64,000 nucleotides of DNA. It comes from Deferribacterales bacterium. GTDB taxonomy: Bacteria; Chrysiogenota; Deferribacteres; Deferribacterales; Geovibrionaceae. A program made the position numbers and the translations under genes. Where the stretch lies: NCBI GenBank assembly GCA_050251875.1, contig JBFWMA010000002.1, forward strand, positions 224,001 to 288,000. Reading direction: 5' to 3'. The notes below the pieces were generated by a model that did no database searches, was not told the DNA's origin, and saw nothing but the letters and a program-made list of their open reading frames with translations. Below, piece by piece: positions 1 to 10,948 of the stretch (position 1 is the first letter of the stretch; the number at the start of each line of letters is the position of its first letter).

Positions 1-1
1 G

Positions 2-1642
2 AAGAACAATCTGAACATGATGCCCGTGGTTAAGGACGACATCCCTGTGGGGCTGGTGTCCAGACGGGATATCCTGCACGGGCTGAAGCACGGGCTGAAC
101 GATGAGCCGGTGAGCTCTATCATGCAGGTAGAGTTCGAGTCCATACATCCGGACACTCCCTACTATCTGGTGGAGGAGGTCATGCTCAGCAGAAGCTGTA
201 AAATGGTGATAGTCACCGACAGCGGCAGGCTGACAGGGGTCATCACCCGCACGGATCTTTTGCGGCTGATACACGAAGAGATATCAAAAATGCCCAGATA
301 TTCTGACGGCAGACTGATAAAATCAGACAGCAAAAAATATAAAAATATCGCCAGCCAGATAGACAGCATACTCCCCGCGAGGGTCGTGAGCACTCTGAAA
401 GAGATAGGCGCTATGGCGGACGAGCTGGGATACAGATGCTATATGGTGGGCGGTGTCGTCAGAGATATACTGCTCAGAAAATCCAATGAGGATATAGACA
501 TAGTGGTGGAGGGCAGCGCTCCTGATTTCGCCAGACAGTTTGCCGACAGATCAGGCGCCAGAGCCGCTATTCACGCCAAGTTTAAAACTGCCGTGGTGAT
601 CTTTCCGGACGGGTTCCGTGTGGATTTCGCCACCAGCAGGACGGAATATTACACATTTCCGGCGTCAGCCCCCACTGTGGAGGACGCATCTATAAAGAAC
701 GATCTTTTCCGCCGTGATTTCTCCATCAACGCCATGGCGGTAAAGCTGAACAAGGCGGAATACGGTATTCTGCTGGACTTTTTCGGCGGTCAGAGGGATA
801 TCAACGATAAAAAGATACGGGTGCTCCACTCGCTGAGCTTTGTGGACGATCCCTCCAGAGCCCTGAGAGCCGTCAGGTTTGCCGTTCGTTTCGATTTCAT
901 GATAGGACCTCACACTGACAGACTTTTTCGTCATGCCGTCAGCCTGAACCTTTTTGACAGGGTTGTGGGGCAGAGGATGTTCCTGGAGCTGAAATATATT
1001 CTCAGCGAGAACAGTTACAGAAAAGCCCTGAAGATGATGCGTAAATATGATCTGATGAAGTTCTTTCACAAAAGCCTCGTTGTGGACGATGTGAAGGAAC
1101 AGCTCTTTGAAAATCTGGAATATATCATGGATTGGTATATCTTTCAGTTTCAGGAAGAGATAGAGGAATACATGCCCAGAATGGCTGTGCTGTTCCACGA
1201 TCTGGACAAGGAAGCCGTGGCGGAGGTAATGAGCCGTTTTCAGCTGGATGATAAGAAGGCGGAGGAGCTCACAGAGTGCTTTCGTCTGGTAAAAGACATC
1301 ACCGCGGGGCTGAAACGCCGCCCGGAGATAAAAGCGTCCGGCTTCACGACCAATTTCGACAAATTGTCAGTGCCGTGTGCTCTGGCTGTCGCCGCTCTCA
1401 TAGGCGAGGATTTCGAGGAAAGGGTGAAGGAATATTTCATCACCTACCGCAATGTGAAGCCTCTGATAAACGGCGAAGATATGAAAAAAGCGGGTATAGA
1501 GCCCAGAATTATATACTCAAAGATTTTAAAAGCTGTGAAAGACGCCGCCATTGACGGCAAATGCAACGACAAAGACAGCCAGATGAGGCTGGCGAAAGAA
1601 CTATCAGAAAAGCTGGTGAAAGATGATAAAAAGAACGGTTGA
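2..1642 (+). CDS. CBS-domain tRNA nucleotidyltransferase (CCA/A-adding, poly(A) polymerase family); 5'-truncated by window edge
   Basis: Frame is open from base 2; CBS pair followed by [26 protein letters not shown] and [15 protein letters not shown] motifs. Confidence 0.9.
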   Translation, partial: KNNLNMMPVVKDDIPVGLVSRRDILHGLKHGLNDEPVSSIMQVEFESIHPDTPYYLVEEVMLSRSCKMVIVTDSGRLTGVITRTDLLRLIHEEISKMPRYSDGRLIKSDSKKYKNIASQIDSILPARVVSTLKEIGAMADELGYRCYMVGGVVRDILLRKSNEDIDIVVEGSAPDFARQFADRSGARAAIHAKFKTAVVIFPDGFRVDFATSRTEYYTFPASAPTVEDASIKNDLFRRDFSINAMAVKLNKAEYGILLDFFGGQRDINDKKIRVLHSLSFVDDPSRALRAVRFAVRFDFMIGPHTDRLFRHAVSLNLFDRVVGQRMFLELKYILSENSYRKALKMMRKYDLMKFFHKSLVVDDVKEQLFENLEYIMDWYIFQFQEEIEEYMPRMAVLFHDLDKEAVAEVMSRFQLDDKKAEELTECFRLVKDITAGLKRRPEIKASGFTTNFDKLSVPCALAVAALIGEDFEERVKEYFITYRNVKPLINGEDMKKAGIEPRIIYSKILKAVKDAAIDGKCNDKDSQMRLAKELSEKLVKDDKKNG

Positions 1643-2573
1643 AGTATCCAAGATATTGATGCCATTTGTTTTAGGAACGAAAGACACAAACCTTAGAATG
1701 TTAAATTCAGAGTTTTCGGTGAAAACCAGCGTCATAGACGGGGTTTTTTCCATAGAGGGAAAGGCGGACGATGTAAGGATGGCGGTGAGCGCCCTTCAGA
1801 ACATGATTCAGACCGCCTCTGACGGAGTTCTGGACGCTTCAAAAGCGGCGGACATAGTGCGCATGGTGGCGGACAAGAATGACGATGCCTCAGACATTAT
1901 AAAAGACGGTATCACCGTGGCGGGCAGAGTGAAAAAAGTATGCCCGAAATCCGCCAGACAGCGGGATTATGTCAACGCTATCAAGAACAACGATATGGTT
2001 TTCGGCATAGGTCCGGCAGGAACCGGAAAAACATATCTGGCTATGGCTATGGGAGTTCACTATTTTCTTCGCAGAAAATGCAGTAAGATAATTCTGACAC
2101 GCCCCGCTGTTGAGGCGGGAGAGAATCTGGGATTTCTGCCCGGAGATATAAACGATAAGATAAACCCTTATCTGCGCCCGCTTTATGACGCCATATACAG
2201 CATGATGGACTATGCCAAGGTGGCGAACCTGATAGAGAACGGCGTGATAGAGGTGGCTCCGCTGGCTTTTATGCGGGGGCGGACTCTGAACGATGCCTTT
2301 ATCATTCTGGACGAGGCGCAGAACACCACAGAGGAGCAGATGAAGATGTTTCTCACCCGTATGGGTTTCTCGTCTAAAGTGGTGGTGACGGGCGATATCA
2401 CGCAGGTTGACCTGCCCAGCAGCAAGAGCAGCGGGCTCGTGCTCGCCAGACGTATTCTGAAGGATATAGAGGGGATAAAATTCATCCAGTTCACTGACAA
2501 GGATGTGGTGCGTCACCCTCTGGTGCAGAAGATTGTAAAAGCATATGATATATATTACGGAGATCAACATTGA
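1623..2573 (+). CDS. phoH: PhoH family ATPase
   Basis: [34 protein letters not shown] and DVVRHPLV motifs. Confidence 0.95.
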   Translation: MIKRTVEVSKILMPFVLGTKDTNLRMLNSEFSVKTSVIDGVFSIEGKADDVRMAVSALQNMIQTASDGVLDASKAADIVRMVADKNDDASDIIKDGITVAGRVKKVCPKSARQRDYVNAIKNNDMVFGIGPAGTGKTYLAMAMGVHYFLRRKCSKIILTRPAVEAGENLGFLPGDINDKINPYLRPLYDAIYSMMDYAKVANLIENGVIEVAPLAFMRGRTLNDAFIILDEAQNTTEEQMKMFLTRMGFSSKVVVTGDITQVDLPSSKSSGLVLARRILKDIEGIKFIQFTDKDVVRHPLVQKIVKAYDIYYGDQH

Positions 2574-3025
2574 AAACAGACATACTTATAGCAGACGAAA
2601 TGGAAAGCGGGCTTAAACCGGAGCTCTTTCAGCAGGCGGCGGACGCTGTGATGGCGGAGCTGGACACTTCTTTCGAGGAGTGCGAGATATCTCTGATGAT
2701 ATGTTCGGATGAAGAGATAAAGAACCTGAACAAAACATACAGAGGCAAGGATTACGCCACTGACGTTCTGTCATTCCCCATGTCCGAGGATCCTTATGAA
2801 GAGGGCGGGATGCTGGGCGACATAGTGATATCTCTGGACACAGCCAAGAAACAGGCGGCGGACGCGGACATCGCTCTGGAGCGTGAAATCAGCTTCCTGT
2901 TCATCCACGGTCTGCTCCATCTCATGGGTTTTGACCACGAGCTGGGAGAAGAGGAAGAGAAGGAGATGTTTGATCTTCAGGAAGAAATTTTATCAAATCT
3001 TGTTAAATCAGGCAAAGTAGCTTGA
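2570..3025 (+). CDS. ybeY: rRNA maturation RNase YbeY
   Basis: TDVLSFP and [12 protein letters not shown] motifs; TTG start overlaps the phoH stop. Confidence 0.95.
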   Translation: MKTDILIADEMESGLKPELFQQAADAVMAELDTSFEECEISLMICSDEEIKNLNKTYRGKDYATDVLSFPMSEDPYEEGGMLGDIVISLDTAKKQAADADIALEREISFLFIHGLLHLMGFDHELGEEEEKEMFDLQEEILSNLVKSGKVA

Positions 3026-3162
3026 TATTGTCTTTAGGTTATGATAAATAATGCTATCTTGTTTTATTATAAAACAGGTAGGAATTAATTTTTTAAAACA
3101 GAGGTAATAGTTTACTTAAATGGACTCGTGCAGTTCGTGTCATTATCTTAAGGAGATCTCAG

Positions 3163-4467
3163 GTGAGTGAAGCACTGATCTTTGAGCTCTCCGCCATCAT
3201 TCTCTGTATTTTGCTGTCCGGCGTATTCTCCGGCAGTGAGACAACTCTGACCTCTCTCAGCGAGCTTAAAGTACGCCACATGATAGAGGAGAACCCCAGG
3301 GCAAAACCTCTGGAGCTCTGGCTGGATCACCCTAATAAAGTTCTGAACACTATTCTGATAGGGAATAATATCGTAAATATTCTGGCGTCCGTACTGGCTA
3401 CCGATTTCACGGCTAAGCTGGTGGGCGACTCCAATATCGCTCTGGTTACAGGTATCATGACGATCATGGTTCTGTTCTTCGGAGAGATAACCCCCAAAAC
3501 ATACGCAAAACACAACGCCGAGAGACTGGCTATTCCGGTTATAAAACTGCTGAAACTGCCTTATCTCTTTTTCTTCCCATTCTCATACGGCATAAACAGG
3601 CTGGTTAAGCTGATGATTATCATATCCGGCGGAAACCCCGAGCGTCACAAGCACAAGCTGACTGAGGACGAGCTGGAATTTTATATCACCGAAAGCGGAA
3701 AAGAGGGCATGCTGGAAGACGCCAAGTCTCAGATGCTTAGGAATATATTCGACATCAGCGATATCTATGTGAAAGAGGTCATGGTGCCCAGAACAGATAT
3801 GGTGGCTGTGGAGGTAAGCTCCGAGCCGAAGGAATATCTGGACCGCATCCTCGCCTCCGAGTTCTCCCGTATCCCCGTATACGAAGAGAGCGTGGATAAA
3901 ATAGTCGGAATACTTTATGTCAAAGACCTGTTGAAATTTGTTCAGGAGGACGGGGTAAACTTCGACCTGAAAAAAGTAATCAGAAAACCCTTCTTCGTTC
4001 CCGAGACCAAGAAGATAGATTCCATGATGGGCGAGTTCCAGAAAAGCAGAAACCACATGGCTGTGGTGATAGACGAATACGGCGGCGTGGCGGGAATCGT
4101 CACTCTGGAAGATATTCTGGAAGAGATAGTCGGCGAGATTTGGGACGAATACGACACGGAAGAGCAGGAAGTCACTCAGCTTTCTGAGGACAGCTATATT
4201 GTTGATGTGCGTATGGATATTGACGATTTCTGCGATAAGTTCGAGATAGAGAAAACACACGAAATGGACGAATATGAGACTGTGGGCGGGCTTGTTTTCG
4301 ACATCGCCGGAAAGATTCCGGAGGTGGGCGAAGTGTATGAGTTCTCCGATTACAGTTTTAAAATATTGAACAAATTCGAAAGAAGACTTGACAAGGTGGA
4401 GTTAACAAGGCTACACAGAGAGCCTGAAGATAACGAGGAGAACTCCGCCCATGACCAAGCAGTTTAA
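3163..4467 (+). CDS. HlyC/CorC (CNNM) family membrane protein with CBS pair
   Basis: FSGSET, ILIGNNIVN, FGEITPK, FSRIPVY and VIDEYGG..GIVTLEDILEEIVGEI motifs. Confidence 0.92.
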   Translation: MSEALIFELSAIILCILLSGVFSGSETTLTSLSELKVRHMIEENPRAKPLELWLDHPNKVLNTILIGNNIVNILASVLATDFTAKLVGDSNIALVTGIMTIMVLFFGEITPKTYAKHNAERLAIPVIKLLKLPYLFFFPFSYGINRLVKLMIIISGGNPERHKHKLTEDELEFYITESGKEGMLEDAKSQMLRNIFDISDIYVKEVMVPRTDMVAVEVSSEPKEYLDRILASEFSRIPVYEESVDKIVGILYVKDLLKFVQEDGVNFDLKKVIRKPFFVPETKKIDSMMGEFQKSRNHMAVVIDEYGGVAGIVTLEDILEEIVGEIWDEYDTEEQEVTQLSEDSYIVDVRMDIDDFCDKFEIEKTHEMDEYETVGGLVFDIAGKIPEVGEVYEFSDYSFKILNKFERRLDKVELTRLHREPEDNEENSAHDQAV

Positions 4468-5341
4468 AACAGGTTTCGTAGCGATAGTAGGACGCCCCAA
4501 CGTGGGCAAATCGACCCTGCTGAATGCCATTCTGGGCGAAAAGATCGCCATCACATCATCTAAACCTCAGACAACACGGACAAATATTCAGGGTATCCTG
4601 ACCGGTGACGACTATCAGATAATCTATATCGACACCCCCGGATATCATAATGCAAAAGACAGTATCAATAAAATGATGGTTCAGCAGGCGAAAGACTCGC
4701 TGGATAATGCCCATGTGATATACATGCTGGTTCAGCCGGACGAATTTTACGGACCGGAGCTGGAGAGTCTGGTGAAGGTTCTGGAAAAAACTGAGGCGGT
4801 TAAGTTTTTGGTGGTAAACAAAGTTGACGGGTTTGCCAGAGAAAAGGTATATGAAGCCGCCAGCCGTTTTTTCCCTAAGCTGGAGTTCAAACAGGTGCTC
4901 CCTGTTTCTGCTCTGAAAGGCAATAACGTGGACAAACTGATAGAGCTGACTGTGGAAGAACTGCCGGAGGGCGACCCTTTCTTTGACGATGAGGAGATCA
5001 CAACCCAGCCGGAAAAACTGCTGATAGCGGAATTTATCCGTGAGCAGGTTTTCAGACAGCTCAAAGACGAGATTCCATATCAAATAATTGTAGAGACTGA
5101 AAAAATTGAAGACAGAAGCGACAATTTAATGTATATTGCGGCATCTGTTATCGTGAACAGAGAATCACAAAAAGGAATAGTTATCGGAAAAGGCGGTACT
5201 AAACTTAAAGATATCAGCACTGCTGCCCGGGTTTCACTGGAAGCGTTTTTCGGGGTAAAGATATATCTCGAGCTCTATGTGAAGGTGAAAGAAGGCTGGC
5301 AGACTAAAGACGAATATCTGAAATTACAGGGGCTCTATTGA
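4451..5341 (+). CDS. era: GTPase Era
   Basis: GRPNVGKST, PQTTR, DTPG, NKVD and KH-domain VIGKGG. Confidence 0.97.
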   Translation: MTKQFKTGFVAIVGRPNVGKSTLLNAILGEKIAITSSKPQTTRTNIQGILTGDDYQIIYIDTPGYHNAKDSINKMMVQQAKDSLDNAHVIYMLVQPDEFYGPELESLVKVLEKTEAVKFLVVNKVDGFAREKVYEAASRFFPKLEFKQVLPVSALKGNNVDKLIELTVEELPEGDPFFDDEEITTQPEKLLIAEFIREQVFRQLKDEIPYQIIVETEKIEDRSDNLMYIAASVIVNRESQKGIVIGKGGTKLKDISTAARVSLEAFFGVKIYLELYVKVKEGWQTKDEYLKLQGLY

Positions 5342-5342
5342 T

Positions 5343-6701
5343 ATGATGAACCAAAGCCTCAAGGTAAAACTTGAGAGTGTAAGAAAACTTATCAGAAGAA
5401 ACGCCAGACAGCCGCTGGAAAAGCTGCTGGCTAAACTGCACCCCGCAGACATTGCCGCCATATATAAAAACCTCTCCGATCTGGAGAGGGAGAAAATCTG
5501 GAATTATATCCCCGACAAATCACTGGTCGCTTCATCGGTTCTTGAACTGGAAGAAGCGGACATCATAAAATTCTTCGAAGAAAAAGAGAGTAAAGACATT
5601 CTGCCCATCCTGAATGAGATGGAGACGGATGACGCCGCCGAGATCGTGCGTATGCTGCCGGACGAGATATCTAACGAGATTCTCAAAGAGTTCAGCACCA
5701 GCGACATGAGCGAGGTGGAAACCATCCTGTCCTATCCCGAATACAGCGCGGGCGGTATCATGAATACGGGCTTCTTCGCCCTCAATGAAGACCTGACCGT
5801 GAAAGAAGCCACAAAAATGCTGCATAAGGCGGAAGATCTGGAGATGGTCTTCTATCTCTATGTGACTGATGAATCAGGAAAACTATCCGGCGTTATCTCT
5901 CTGCGCCAGCTTATACTGAATCCGCCTGATAAAAAACTTTCTGAGATCATGGCTCGTGAGGTCATCAACGTCCGCACAGACACAGATCAGGAAGATGTGG
6001 CAAAAATCGTTGAAAAATATGACCTTCTGGCTCTGCCTGTCGTTGATGACGACTTCAAGCTGGTGGGTATCATCACTGTTGACGACGTTATCGACATTAT
6101 CCGTGAAGAGGCGACAGAGGATATCTACCGTATGGCGGGTACATCCGATGACGAGCTTATCTTCGGGCATAACTCATCCAAGATTGCCAGAGTCAGGCTT
6201 CCCTGGCTGCTTATAACATTTTTCGGATCACTGATAAGTGCCTCTGTCGTGAGCTACTTTCAGATAAATATGAAGGGATTCGAGCTTCTTGTGCCTTTCA
6301 TGCCGGTTATCGCCGCTATGGCTGGTAACGTGGGCTCTCAGTCCGCCACCATCCTGATAAGGGGCGTGGCGCTGGGCAAGATAAACCATAAAGATATGCT
6401 GAAAGTCACATTCAAAGAGATGCGTGTAGGGATGATTATAGGTCTGGTGGTGGGCGTTCTGCTCGGCACAGTTGGCTATATCTTCGATAAAAGCATCGTG
6501 GTGGGGCTTGTGGCGGGAATCGCCATGTTTAACTCATCCACCATCGCCGCCTTCACAGGCACGTTTGTTCCGGCTACTCTTATCAAGATGAATTTTGACC
6601 CTGCCGTGGCTTCCAGCCCGTTCATATCCATGCTGAACGACATTCTGGGTCTTACAGTATATTTCTCCACAGCTATTCTCCTTTTTAAAGTACTGGGATG
6701 A
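5343..6701 (+). CDS. mgtE: Magnesium transporter MgtE
   Basis: HPADIA N-domain, CBS pair, RLPWL, AGNVGSQ, DPAVASSPF. Confidence 0.95.
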   Translation: MMNQSLKVKLESVRKLIRRNARQPLEKLLAKLHPADIAAIYKNLSDLEREKIWNYIPDKSLVASSVLELEEADIIKFFEEKESKDILPILNEMETDDAAEIVRMLPDEISNEILKEFSTSDMSEVETILSYPEYSAGGIMNTGFFALNEDLTVKEATKMLHKAEDLEMVFYLYVTDESGKLSGVISLRQLILNPPDKKLSEIMAREVINVRTDTDQEDVAKIVEKYDLLALPVVDDDFKLVGIITVDDVIDIIREEATEDIYRMAGTSDDELIFGHNSSKIARVRLPWLLITFFGSLISASVVSYFQINMKGFELLVPFMPVIAAMAGNVGSQSATILIRGVALGKINHKDMLKVTFKEMRVGMIIGLVVGVLLGTVGYIFDKSIVVGLVAGIAMFNSSTIAAFTGTFVPATLIKMNFDPAVASSPFISMLNDILGLTVYFSTAILLFKVLG

Positions 6702-7399
6702 GCAGGGAAAGATCAGAAGCCGTCATCTATCGTCTGGTAAAATATTCTGACAGCTCCGCTATCGCCATGGCATTCAGCCGTGTTTATGGAAAACTCAAAC
6801 TCTTCATACCAAAAGCATATACGAAGAAAGGCGGGGTGATTTCCTTTATGCCGGGGATGCTGGATTTTGCCAGAAAACCCACAGACCTCAGCAGATATTA
6901 TTCATTCGAACCGGACACCGCATTTTATAAATATCTGAATAATCACGATATTATCATGCGTCTTCATCTGATATTCGAGATATATGACGGGCTTTATCAC
7001 ATGGATATGCCGGATGAAAAGCTCTTTGACCTGATTCTGAAGATGGATGATACAAACTTTCGCAAAATAACCCCGTATATAATTTACTTTATGCTGAAAC
7101 ACTCCGGCGTGATGTTCGAGCTGGACGCCTGTGTCAACTGCGCCTCGGACGAGGATTTATACACCGTCACGTCCAACGGCATATTCTGTTCCGTCTGTTC
7201 GGCGGATCTCAGCCTGAAGAGCTGCTGTGACAAGGAATCGTCATATATCATAAAATGCTTCGGAAACAGCTCTCTGTACAGAAATCTGACGGTGAACCGC
7301 AAGCAGGAGATTCAGGTTCTGACGGCTCTCTCCGGCTATGCGGAGCACATTCTGGAACGTCCGCTGAAAAGCATAAAAACCGTTTTTGACATAATCTGA
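6698..7399 (+). CDS. recO: DNA repair protein RecO (divergent)
   Basis: OB-fold-like N-terminus, CxxC...CxxC zinc motif, position after era/mgtE. Confidence 0.75.
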   Translation: MSRERSEAVIYRLVKYSDSSAIAMAFSRVYGKLKLFIPKAYTKKGGVISFMPGMLDFARKPTDLSRYYSFEPDTAFYKYLNNHDIIMRLHLIFEIYDGLYHMDMPDEKLFDLILKMDDTNFRKITPYIIYFMLKHSGVMFELDACVNCASDEDLYTVTSNGIFCSVCSADLSLKSCCDKESSYIIKCFGNSSLYRNLTVNRKQEIQVLTALSGYAEHILERPLKSIKTVFDII

Positions 7400-7569
7400 C
7401 AACTGTGTGATAACTAAATAAAATATTAAATATTCAGTATTATAGGTAAAATTAATACCTGTTATTTTCTTTACATTTTTCCTGTGTGAGATTACACTTA
7501 ATAAGTGCTTCACATATAACAAAATTCGAGGACTGAAATACGTCCTTATAGCGATTATAAGAGGTTATC

Positions 7570-8574
7570 ATGGAGAAAGGCGTTACAACCCTGAGCAGGT
7601 TTCTTATGGAAGAGCAGAGGGCTTTTCCCGAGGCGACCGGTGATTTTACACTGCTGATCGAATCTATCGGATTTGCTTCGAAGATTATCGGCCGTGAAGT
7701 GAACAAGGCGGGCATAGTCAACATAATCGGAAAAGCGCAGTCTATCAACGTGCACGGCGAAGAACAGCAGAAGCTGGACGTATACGCCGACAGAAAGGTT
7801 ATCAGCGCTCTGGACCACCTGGGCAAGCTCTGCGCTATGGCTTCCGAGGAGAATGACGAGGTCATTCAGATTCCTCAGGAATATCCCAAAGGAAAATATC
7901 TGGCGGTTTTTGACCCGCTGGACGGTTCCAGCAACATCGATGTGAACATCAGCATCGGAACCATCTTCGGAATTTTCAGAAGAAAAGATTCATCCAACTT
8001 AGAAACTCCCTGCTGTCAGGACTTTTTCCAGACCGGACGCAGTATGGTAGCCGCCGGATATGTTATATACGGCTCATCTACCATGATGGTATATTCCGCC
8101 GGAAACGGTGTCCACGGGTTTACTCTGGACCCCAGTATCGGAGAATACATCCTCAGCCACCCGTATATGAAAATCCCCGAACAGGGCAAGATATACAGCA
8201 TTAACGAAGCCAACTATCACAAATGGGACGAACCCACCAGAAAATTCACAGAACACCTGAAAAATCACCCCGACAGAGAATACACAGCCAGATATATCGG
8301 CTCTCTGGTGGCTGATTTCCACAGAAACCTGCTGAAAGGCGGAGTGTTCCTGTATCCCGGCGATTCCAAAAACGAAAAAGGCAAGCTGAGACTGCTCTAT
8401 GAGTGCGCTCCGCTGGCTTATCTGATAGAAAACGCAGGCGGAATGGCGACAGACGGCGAACGCAATATTCTGGATATCCTTCCGGAATCTCTGCACCAGA
8501 AAGTACCTTTCTGCATCGGCTCAAAATACGAAGTGGAAACCTATCTGAAATATAAAAGGGGCGAGCTGAAATAG
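7570..8574 (+). CDS. fbp: Class 1 fructose-1,6-bisphosphatase
   Basis: QQKLDV, ASEE, FDPLDGSSN, RYIGSLVADFHR, GKLRLLYE. Confidence 0.97.
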   Translation: MEKGVTTLSRFLMEEQRAFPEATGDFTLLIESIGFASKIIGREVNKAGIVNIIGKAQSINVHGEEQQKLDVYADRKVISALDHLGKLCAMASEENDEVIQIPQEYPKGKYLAVFDPLDGSSNIDVNISIGTIFGIFRRKDSSNLETPCCQDFFQTGRSMVAAGYVIYGSSTMMVYSAGNGVHGFTLDPSIGEYILSHPYMKIPEQGKIYSINEANYHKWDEPTRKFTEHLKNHPDREYTARYIGSLVADFHRNLLKGGVFLYPGDSKNEKGKLRLLYECAPLAYLIENAGGMATDGERNILDILPESLHQKVPFCIGSKYEVETYLKYKRGELK

Positions 8575-8577
8575 ATA

Positions 8578-9402
8578 ATGCTGATAGGCGCTCATAAATC
8601 TATTTCCGGCTCCATAGACAAAAGCATTGAGAGGGCACTCGCAGACGGCTGTGAGTGCCTTCAGATTTTTGTGAAGAACAAGAACCGATGGGAGGGAAAA
8701 CCTCTCTCAGAAGAAGATGCCGAAAATTTTCGAAACGCTCTGAAAAAGAGCGGTCTGGGCGTTTCTGCCCACGCTTCATATCTTATCAACCCTGCCACCG
8801 ACAAACAGGACGTTTATGACAAATCCATTCTGTCGTTCACAGATGAGCTGACCCGCTGCGACAGGCTGACTGTGCCTTATTATGTCATTCATCCCGGCGC
8901 CCATCTGGGGCAGGGGACTGAGACCGGAACGGCAAAAGCGGCGAAATTTCTAGACAGAGTCTATTCAGCGCATGATTTTTCTGTTATGACACTGTTAGAG
9001 ACCACGTCCGGCATGGGAACGTGCCTGGGACACAGAATAGAAGAGATAGCGAAAATAATCGATCTGGCGGACTGTAAAGAAAAAATAGGTGTATGCCTCG
9101 ATTCATGTCACATTTTTGCCGCCGGATATGATATAAAAGACAGATATGACGATGTTTTCGCTGAGTTTTTCTCTGTTTTCGGGGATAAGATAAAAGTATT
9201 TCATCTGAACGACAGCAAAAAACCATTGGCGAGCCGTCTGGACAGGCACGAGCTGATAGCCGAGGGGCTGATAGGCGGAGATTTTTTCAGAAGAGCCGTG
9301 AACGATATCAGGTTCAAAGACGTTATGGGGATTCTGGAAACTCCGGTAGAAGATACTTATAAAGAAGAAATAAATAAACTTAAATCATACAGGGAGCTGT
9401 GA
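8578..9402 (+). CDS. nfo: Endonuclease IV (AP endonuclease family 2)
   Basis: GAH.S, HASYLIN, HPG, CLDSCH, HLNDSK, DRH, ILETP. Confidence 0.93.
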   Translation: MLIGAHKSISGSIDKSIERALADGCECLQIFVKNKNRWEGKPLSEEDAENFRNALKKSGLGVSAHASYLINPATDKQDVYDKSILSFTDELTRCDRLTVPYYVIHPGAHLGQGTETGTAKAAKFLDRVYSAHDFSVMTLLETTSGMGTCLGHRIEEIAKIIDLADCKEKIGVCLDSCHIFAAGYDIKDRYDDVFAEFFSVFGDKIKVFHLNDSKKPLASRLDRHELIAEGLIGGDFFRRAVNDIRFKDVMGILETPVEDTYKEEINKLKSYREL

Positions 9403-9403
9403 A

Positions 9404-10948
9404 ATGGAAGTCAATGAGACACCGGTAGTCACTATTATGAAAGAGCTGATAAAGCCCGAGAAAATCATGGAAACCCACGGATCATACACTTTTCTGAAGG
9501 ATGATCTGGTGTATAAAGTGAAAAAATCGGTGGATTACGGTTTTCTGGACTACAGCTCGAAGAAAAAGCGCAAGGCTATGTGTATTCTGGAAAAAGAACT
9601 GAACGAGCGCTTCTGCTCCGGAATATATCTGGATGTGCTGAAAATAGTGAGAAAAGAAAAATCTTTTGATCTGGTGAATTACGACAGCACTCTGCTGACC
9701 ATCGACTACTGCGTTAAGATGAAGAGGATTCCGGATGCTGATTTCCTCTCCACAAAGGTCGCGAATAACGAGATATCCAGAGAAAAAGCCGAAAATATCG
9801 GTGAAAACATCGGAAAACTCTTTAAAGGAATAAAAACTGACCCTTTTGCCGCTGATTTTAACGGTAATTTCAGCGTGGTTAAGTTCAACTGCGAAGAAAA
9901 TTTCAGCCAGACGGAAGGATACAGAGGCAGATTCATAGACGATGAGCTTTTTGCCTTTATCAAAAAACAGACACTGAAGTTTCTGGAGGAAAATTCAGAA
10001 CTGTTCGACAGAAGGGTTAAAGAGGGATTCGTCATAGACGGTCACGGCGACCTGCGTCTGGAGCATATCTTTATGCACGGCGATGATTTTGGTCTGATAG
10101 ACTGCATTGAGTTCAACCAGAGATTCCGTTTCAACGATGCCGTTTCCGAGGCGGCGTTCCTCAGCATGGAGCTGGACTACATGGGAAAAACTGATCTGGC
10201 TGACGGTATCCTCAGCGGATTTTTCAAAATGTATGACGATGAGGAATCCAAAAAACTGCTGAATTTCTACAGATGTTACAGAGCCTATGTCAGGGCAAAG
10301 GTAGCGTGTTTTATGATAGACGGAAAAGACGGAAGCTGGGAGCTTTACGAGGCTAAGAAGGCCGAGGTCAAGCGTCTGGTGGACATGGCGGCGGTGTACG
10401 CCATAAACATGTTCGACACAAAATGCCTGGTTTTCTATGGTCTGATGGCATCCGGAAAGACTAAAAACGCCGACAAATTCACATCCATGTTTCCTGTGGA
10501 GCATGTGAACACAGACGTTATCAGAAAGCTGATGCACGGGCTCGATCCGGAGAAAAACGTTCATGTGGATTTCGGAGTGGATATCTATTCTAAGGAAAAC
10601 TCGCTGAAACTCTATGACGAGCTGGGCAGAATAGCCGAAAACAACATGCGCATAGGGCGGATGACACTGATAGACGGCAGTTTCAGCAAGACGGAGTATC
10701 TGGACAGGATAAAAGCGAACTGCTCATGCGGATTTAAAAAAATAAGGTTTTTCGCCTCCGAAGATGCTACCATTGAGCGTCTGGAGAAGAGAAAGAACAA
10801 AATATGCGTTTCTGACGGGCGTATAGAAATATATGAAAGCCAGAAGAGGTCAGCGCAGGACATCGGCGCTGATTTCGAGATTGAGACCGTTGGACGCACG
10901 GAAGACAACGCTGAGAAGGTATTAAGGTTTTTGATTAATGAAATGTAA
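9404..10948 (+). CDS. Aminoglycoside phosphotransferase-like domain fused to a P-loop kinase domain
   Basis: ETH.S, YKVKK.VDYGFLDYS, GHGDLRLEHI, DCIEFN; C-terminal GLMASGKT. Confidence 0.8.
   Translation: MEVNETPVVTIMKELIKPEKIMETHGSYTFLKDDLVYKVKKSVDYGFLDYSSKKKRKAMCILEKELNERFCSGIYLDVLKIVRKEKSFDLVNYDSTLLTIDYCVKMKRIPDADFLSTKVANNEISREKAENIGENIGKLFKGIKTDPFAADFNGNFSVVKFNCEENFSQTEGYRGRFIDDELFAFIKKQTLKFLEENSELFDRRVKEGFVIDGHGDLRLEHIFMHGDDFGLIDCIEFNQRFRFNDAVSEAAFLSMELDYMGKTDLADGILSGFFKMYDDEESKKLLNFYRCYRAYVRAKVACFMIDGKDGSWELYEAKKAEVKRLVDMAAVYAINMFDTKCLVFYGLMASGKTKNADKFTSMFPVEHVNTDVIRKLMHGLDPEKNVHVDFGVDIYSKENSLKLYDELGRIAENNMRIGRMTLIDGSFSKTEYLDRIKANCSCGFKKIRFFASEDATIERLEKRKNKICVSDGRIEIYESQKRSAQDIGADFEIETVGRTEDNAEKVLRFLINEM

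Noticed and set aside
7485..7514. TGTGA...TCACA dyad upstream of fbp as a CRP/Rex site
   Set aside because: Spacing (20 nt) does not fit CRP (6 nt) or Rex; the dyad is asymmetric and lies in AT-rich DNA
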